NCBI RefSeq assembly: GCF_009914755.1
Contig: NC_060925.1
Strand: one strand, 5' to 3'
Source of the DNA: the human T2T-CHM13v2.0 reference genome, Homo sapiens
Length of the DNA: 64,000 nucleotides
Shown here: positions 56,549 through 64,000 of the stretch, one piece after another
Numbering within the stretch: the stretch's first letter is position 1
Layout: each line of letters starts with the position of its first letter
Made by a program: the position numbers and the translations under genes
Notes under the pieces: generated by a model
The model's input: the letters and a program-made list of their open reading frames with translations, nothing else
What the model was told of the DNA's origin: nothing
The model's database searches: none

Positions 56549-58324
56549 ATGGAATCGTCATCGAATGAATTGACTGCAATCATCGAATGGTCTCGAATGG
56601 AATCATCTTCAAATGGAATGGAATGGAATCATCGCATAGAATCGAATGGAATTATCATCGAATGGAATCGAATGGAATCAACATCAAACGGAAAAAAACG
56701 GAATTATCGAATGGAATCGAAGAGAATCATCGAATGGACCCGAATGGAATCATCTAATGGAATGGAATGGAATAATCCATGGACTCGAATGCAATCATCA
56801 TCGAATGGAATCGAATGGAATCATCGAATGGACTCGAATGGAATAATCATTGAACGGAATCGAATGGAATCATCATCGGATGGAAATGAATGGAATCATC
56901 ATCGAATGGAATCGAATAGAATTATGGAATGAAATCCAGTGTGATCATCATCGAATGGACCCGAATGGAATCATCATCCAACGGAAGCTAATGGAATCAA
57001 CATCGAATGAATCGAATGGAAACACCATCGAATTGAAACGAATGGAATTATCATGAAATTGAAATGGATGGACTCATCATCGAATGGATTCGAATGGAAT
57101 CATCGAATAAAATTGATTGAAATCATCATCGAATGGAATCGAATGGTATCATTGAATGGAATCGAATGGAATCATCATCAGATGGAAATGAATGGAATCG
57201 TCATAGAATGGAATCGAATGGATTCATTGAATGGAATCAGATGGAATCATCGAATGGACTGGAATGGAATCATTGAATGGACTCGAAAGGGATCATTATT
57301 GAATGGAATTGAATGGAATCATCGAATGGTCTCGATTGGAATCATTATCAAATGGAATCGAATGGAATCACCAAATAGAATCGAATGGAACAATCATCGA
57401 ATGGACTCAAATGGAATTATCCTCAAATGGAATCGAATGGAATTATCGAATGCAATCGAATGGAATTATCGAATGCAATCGAATAGAATCATCGAATGGA
57501 CTCGAATGGAATCATCGAATGGAATGGAATGGAACAGTCAATGAACTCGAATGGAATCATCATTGAATGGAATCGAATGGAATCATCGAGTGGAATCGAA
57601 TGGAATTATGATCAAATGGAATCGAATGTAATCATCATCAAATGGAATCAAAAATAACCATCATCAATTGGTATTGAATGGAATTGTCATCAAATGGAAT
57701 TCAAAGGAATCATCATCAAATGGAACCGAATGGAATCCTCATTGAATGGAAATGAAAGGGGTCATCATCTAATGGAATCGCATGGAATCATCATCAAATG
57801 GAATCGAATGGAATCATCATCAAATGGAATCTAATGGAATCATTGAACAGAATTGAATGGAATCGTCATCGAATGAATTGAATGCAATCATCGAATGGTC
57901 TCGAATGGAATCATCTTCTAATGGAAAGGAATGGAATCATCGCATAGAATCGAATGGAATTATCATCGAATGGAATCGAATGGTATCAACACCAAACGGA
58001 AAAATACGGAATTATCGAATGGAATCGAAGAGAATCTTCGAACGGACCCGAATGGAATCATCTAATGGAATGGAATGGAATAATCCATGGACTCGAATGC
58101 AATCATCATCGAATGGAATGGAATGGAATCATCGAATGGACTCGAATGGAATAATCATTGAACGGAATCGAATGGAATCATCATCGGATGGAAACGAATG
58201 GAATCATCATCGAATGGAAATGAAAGGAGTCATCATCTAATGGAATTGCATGGAATCATCATAAAATGGAATCGAATGGAATCAACATCAAATGGAATCA
58301 AATGGAATCATTGAACGGAATTGA

Positions 58325-60077
58325 ATGGAATCGTCATCGAATGAATTGACTGCAATCATCGAATGGTCTCGAATGGAATCATCTTCAAATGGAATGGAAT
58401 GGAATCATCGCATAGAATCGAATGGAATTATCATCGAATGGAATCGAATGGAATCAACATCAAACGGAAAAAAACGGAATTATCGAATGGAATCGAAGAG
58501 AATCATCGAATGGACCCGAATGGAATCATCTAATGGAATGGAATGGAATAATCCATGGACTCGAATGCAATCATCATCGAATGGAATCGAATGGAATCAT
58601 CGAATGGACTCGAATGGAATAATCATTGAACGGAATCGAATGGAATCATCATCGGATGGAAATGAATGGAATCATCATCGAATGGAATCGAATAGAATTA
58701 TGGAATGAAATCCAGTGTGATCATCATCGAATGGACCCGAATGGAATCATCATCCAACGGAAGCTAATGGAATCAACATCGAATGAATCGAATGGAAACA
58801 CCATCGAATTGAAACGAATGGAATTATCATGAAATTGAAATGGATGGACTCATCATCGAATGGATTCGAATGGAATCATCGAATAAAATTGATTGAAATC
58901 ATCATCCAATGGAATCGAATGGTATCATTGAATGGAAACGAATGGAATCATCATCAGATGGAAATGAATGGAATCGTCATAGAATGGAATCGAATGGATT
59001 CATTGAATGGAATCAGATGGAATCATCGAATGGACTGGAATGAAATCATTGAATGGACTCGAAAGGGATCATTATTGAATGGAATTGAATGGAATCATCG
59101 AATGGTCTCGATTGGAATCATTATCAAATGGAATCGAATGGAACAATCATTGAATGGACTCAAATGAAATTATCCTCAAATGGAATCGAATGGAATTATC
59201 GAATGCAATCGAATGGAATTATCAAATGCAATCGAATAGAATCATCGAATGGACTCGAATGGAATCATCGAATGGAATGGAATGGAACAGTCAATGAACT
59301 CGAATGGAATCATCATTGAATGGAATCGAATGGAATCATCGAGTGGAATCGAATGGAATTATGATCAAATGGAATCGAATGTAATCATCATCAAATGGAA
59401 TCAAAAATAACCATCATCAATTGGTATTGAATGGAATTGTCATCAAATGGAATTCAAAGGAATCATCATCAAATGGAACCGAATGGAATCCTCATTGAAT
59501 GGAAATGAAAGGGGTCATCATCTAATGGAATCGCATGGAATCATCATCAAATGGAATCGAATGGAATCATCATCAAATGGAATCTAATGGAATCATTGAA
59601 CAGAATTGAATGGAATCGTCATCGAATGAATTGAATGCAATCATCAAATGGTCTCGAATGGAATCATCTTCTAATGGAAAGGAATGGAATCATCGCATAG
59701 AATCGAATGGAATTATCATCGAATGGAATCGAATGGTATCAACACCAAACGGAAAAAAACGGAATTATCGAATGGAATCGAAGAGAATCTTCGAACGGAC
59801 CCGAATGGAATCATCTAATGGAATGGAATGGAATAATCAATGGACTCGAATGCAATCATCATCGAATGGAATCGAATGGAATCATCGAATGGACTCGAAT
59901 GGAATAATCATTGAACGGAATCGATTGGAATCATCATCGGATGGAAATGAATGGAATCATCATCGAATGGAAATGAAAGGAGTCATCATCTAATGGAATT
60001 GCATGGAATCATCATAAAATGGAATCGAATGGAATCAACATCAAATGGAATCAAATGGAATCATTGAACGGAATTGA
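58325..60077 (+). repeat. 1753-bp unit (23-bp deletion), copy 2
   Basis: Same deletion at about 59140 with the same linked SNVs (atgaaatcatt, caaatgaaatt, tatcaaatgc). Confidence 0.9.
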
Positions 60078-63000
60078 ATGGAATCGTCATCGAATGAATT
60101 GACTGCAATCATCGAATGGTCTCGAATGGAATCATCTTCAAATGGAATGGAATGGAATCATCGCATAGAATCGAATGGAATTATCATCGAATGGAATCGA
60201 ATGGAATCAACATCAAACGGAAAAAAACGGAATTATCGAATGGAATCGAAGAGAATCATCGAATGGACCCGAATGGAATCATCTAATGGAATGGAATGGA
60301 ATAATCCATGGACTCGAATGCAATCATCATCGAATGGAATCGAATGGAATCATCGAATGGACTCGAATGGAATAATCATTGAACGGAATCGAATGGAATC
60401 ATCATCGGATGGAAATGAATGGAATCATCATCGAATGGAATCGAATAGAATTATGGAATGAAATCCAGTGTGATCATCATCGAATGGACCCGAATGGAAT
60501 CATCATCCAACGGAAGCTAATGGAATCAACATCGAATGAATCGAATGGAAACACCATCGAATTGAAACGAATGGAATTATCATGAAATTGAAATGGATGG
60601 ACTCATCATCGAATGGATTCGAATGGAATCATCGAATAAAATTGATTGAAATCATCATCGAATGGAATCGAATGGTATCATTGAATGGAATCGAATGGAA
60701 TCATCATCAGATGGAAATGAATGGAATCGTCATAGAATGGAATCGAATGGATTCATTGAATGGAATCAGATGGAATCATCGAATGGACTGGAATGGAATC
60801 ATTGAATGGACTCGAAAGGGATCATTATTGAATGGAATTGAATGGAATCATCGAATGGTCTCGATTGGAATCATTATCAAATGGAATCGAATGGAATCAC
60901 CAAATAGAATCGAATGGAACAATCATCGAATGGACTCAAATGGAATTATCCTCAAATGGAATCGAATGGAATTATCGAATGCAATCGAATGGAATTATCG
61001 AATGCAATCGAATAGAATCATCGAATGGACTCGAATGGAATCATCGAATGGAATGGAATGGAACAGTCAATGAACTCGAATGGAATCATCATTGAATGGA
61101 ATCGAATGGAATCATCGAGTGGAATCGAATGGAATTATGATCAAATGGAATCGAATGTAATCATCATCAAATGGAATCAAAAATAACCATCATCAATTGG
61201 TATTGAATGGAATTGTCATCAAATGGAATTCAAAGGAATCATCATCAAATGGAACCGAATGGAATCCTCATTGAATGGAAATGAAAGGGGTCATCATCTA
61301 ATGGAATCGCATGGAATCATCATCAAATGGAATCGAATGGAATCATCATCAAATGGAATCTAATGGAATCATTGAACAGAATTGAATGGAATCGTCATCG
61401 AATGAATTGAATGCAATCATCGAATGGTCTCGAATGGAATCATCTTCTAATGGAAAGGAATGGAATCATCGCATAGAATCGAATGGAATTATCATCGAAT
61501 GGAATCGAATGGTATCAACACCAAACGGAAAAATACGGAATTATCGAATGGAATCGAAGAGAATCTTCGAACGGACCCGAATGGAATCATCTAATGGAAT
61601 GGAATGGAATAATCCATGGACTCGAATGCAATCATCATCGAATGGAATGGAATGGAATCATCGAATGGACTCGAATGGAATAATCATTGAACGGAATCGA
61701 ATGGAATCATCATCGGATGGAAACGAATGGAATCATCATCGAATGGAAATGAAAGGAGTCATCATCTAATGGAATTGCATGGAATCATCATAAAATGGAA
61801 TCGAATGGAATCAACATCAAATGGAATCAAATGGAATCATTGAACGGAATTGAATGGAATCGTCATCGAATGAATTGACTGCAATCATCGAATGGTCTCG
61901 AATGGAATCATCTTCAAATGGAATGGAATGGAATCATCGCATAGAATCGAATGGAATTATCATCGAATGGAATCGAATGGAATCAACATCAAACGGAAAA
62001 AAACGGAATTATCGAATGGAATCGAAGAGAATCATCGAATGGACCCGAATGGAATCATCTAATGGAATGGAATGGAATAATCCATGGACTCGAATGCAAT
62101 CATCATCGAATGGAATCGAATGGAATCATCGAATGGACTCGAATGGAATAATCATTGAACGGAATCGAATGGAATCATCATCGGATGGAAATGAATGGAA
62201 TCATCATCGAATGGAATCGAATAGAATTATGGAATGAAATCCAGTGTGATCATCATCGAATGGACCCGAATGGAATCATCATCCAACGGAAGCTAATGGA
62301 ATCAACATCGAATGAATCGAATGGAAACACCATCGAATTGAAACGAATGGAATTATCATGAAATTGAAATGGATGGACTCATCATCGAATGGATTCGAAT
62401 GGAATCATCGAATAAAATTGATTGAAATCATCATCCAATGGAATCGAATGGTATCATTGAATGGAAACGAATGGAATCATCATCAGATGGAAATGAATGG
62501 AATCGTCATAGAATGGAATCGAATGGATTCATTGAATGGAATCAGATGGAATCATCGAATGGACTGGAATGGAATCATTGAATGGACTCGAAAGGGATCA
62601 TGATTGAATGGAATTGAATGGAATCATCGAATGGTCTCGATTGGAATCATTATCAAATGGAATCGAATGGAATCACCGAATAGAATCGAATGGAACAATC
62701 ATCGAATGGACTCAAATGGAATTATCCTCCAATGGAATCGAATGGAATTATCGAATGCAATCGAATGGAATTATCGAATGCAATCGAATAGAATCATCGA
62801 ATGGACTCGAATGGAATCATCGAATGGAATGGAATGGAACAGTCAATGAACTCGAATGGAATCATCATTGAATGGAATCGAATGGAATCATCGAGTGGAA
62901 TCGAATGGAATTATGATCAAATGGAATCGAATGTAATCATCATCAAATGGAATCAAAAATAACCATCATCAATTGGTATTGAATGGAATTGTCATCAAAT

Positions 63001-64000
63001 GGAATTCAAAGGAATCATCATCAAATGGAACCGAATGGAATCCTCATTGAATGGAAATGAAAGGGGTCATCATCTAATGGAATCGCATGGAATCATCATC
63101 AAATGGAATCGAATGGAATCATCATCAAATGGAATCTAATGGAATCATTGAACAGAATTGAATGGAATCGTCATCGAATGAATTGAATGCAATCATCGAA
63201 TGGTCTCGAATGGAATCATCTTCTAATGGAAAGGAATGGAATCATTGCATAGAATCGAATGGAATTATCATCGAATGGAATCAAATGGTATCAACACCAA
63301 ACGGAAAAAAACGGAATTATCGAATGGAATCAAAGAGAATCTTCGAACGGACCCGAATGGAATCATCTAATGGAATGGAATGGAATAATCCATGGACTCG
63401 AATGCAATCATCATCGAATGGAATGGAATGGAATCATCGAATGGACTCGAATGGAATAATCATTGAACGGAATCGAATGGAATCATCATCGGATGGAAAC
63501 GAATGGAATCATCATCGAATGGAAATGAAAGGAGTCATCATCTAATGGAATTGCATGGAATCATCATAAAATGGAATCGAATGGAATCCACATCAAATGG
63601 AATCAAATGGAATCATTGAACGGAATTGAATGGAATCGTCATCGAATGAATTGACTGCAATCATCGAATGGGCTCGAATGGAATCATCTTCAAATGGAAT
63701 GGAATGGAATCATCGCATAGAATCGAATGGAATTATCATCGAATGGAATCGAATGGAATCAACATCAAACGGAAAAAAACAGAATTATCGTATGGAATCG
63801 AAGAGAATCATCGAATGGACCCGAATGGAATCATCTAATGGAATGGAATGGAATAATCCATGGACTCGAATGCAATCATCATCGAATGGAATCGAATGGA
63901 ATCATCGAATGGACTCGAATGGAATAATCATTGAACGGAATCGAATGGAATCATCATCGGATGGAAATGAATGGAATCATCATCGAATGGAATCGAATAG

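Larger units (their letters stand above)
1..64000 (+). repeat. Human satellite 2 (HSat2/HSATII) tandem array, 1776-bp unit, most likely 1q12 pericentromeric heterochromatin (HSat2A2 / D1Z1-type)
   Basis: GAATGGAATC/ATCATCGAATG motifs run through every line (reverse strand CATTCGATTC, diagnostic of HSat2 rather than pure (CATTC)n HSat3). Landmarks recur every 1776 bp (ORF starts 53, 1829, 3605; 45916, 47692, 49468, 51244, 53020, 54796). The 1.77-kb period with a single EcoRI site is established for chr1 HSat2. Confidence 0.97.

Noticed and set aside
53-63927. About 200 short + strand ORFs (MESSSNE..., MKLKWMD..., MNGIEWNH...), up to 180 aa
   Set aside because: They are translations of the GGAAT/ATC repeat, which is ATG-rich and stop-poor on this strand. 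They are low complexity (MEWNGIIE), overlap in several frames, and are broken or fused at random by SNVs (stops in the units at 7827, 9135, 12219, 29079, 36203). There is no recognisable domain or sign of coding constraint.
1-64000. CRISPR-like or phage/bacterial repeat system
   Set aside because: There are no unique spacers between repeats, no cas or other genes, and the sequence is a recognisable primate satellite.
1-64000. HSat3 / heat-shock (HSF1) satellite or alpha satellite
   Set aside because: Pure GGAAT runs are only about 3 copies long, and the CGAAT/ATC pattern is HSat2. There is no 171-bp monomer or CENP-B box, and the GAA units are mostly direct rather than the alternating inverted nGAAn of an HSE.
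1-64000. Transposon insertion, inversion or array boundary
   Set aside because: Landmark spacing accounts for all bases as satellite units or their deletion/duplication variants. No Alu/L1 sequence, poly(A) tail or switch to the ATTCC strand was seen.

Overview
The whole 64 kb is one uninterrupted, single-orientation array of human-type classical satellite 2 (HSat2/HSATII). It is built from diverged GGAAT pentamers grouped into 23/26-bp subunits (GAATGGAATC-GAATGGAATC-ATC[ATC]), organised as a 1776-bp unit with one EcoRI site per unit. That matches the known 1.77-kb EcoRI repeat (pUC1.77/D1Z1, HSat2A2) of chromosome 1q12; the chromosome assignment is inferred, not proven. About 37 complete units are present. 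I see no genes, RNA genes, mobile elements, CRISPR arrays or non-satellite insertions, and all ORFs in the track are artefacts of the repeat. I found no new biological system in the gene sense. What is informative is the internal architecture. The unit is 468+468+840 bp. Structural variants occur at 670, 1301, 1308, 1331, 1753, 1766 and 1773 bp. There are recent tandem duplications of 3107, about 3552 and 3529 bp, an SNV-defined ~8.43-kb five-unit super-repeat across about 10-42 kb, and a set of short ~1.3-kb units sharing distal alleles that may be a relic lineage predating the 468-bp duplication. All alignments were done by eye using ORF starts as rulers, so breakpoints are approximate.
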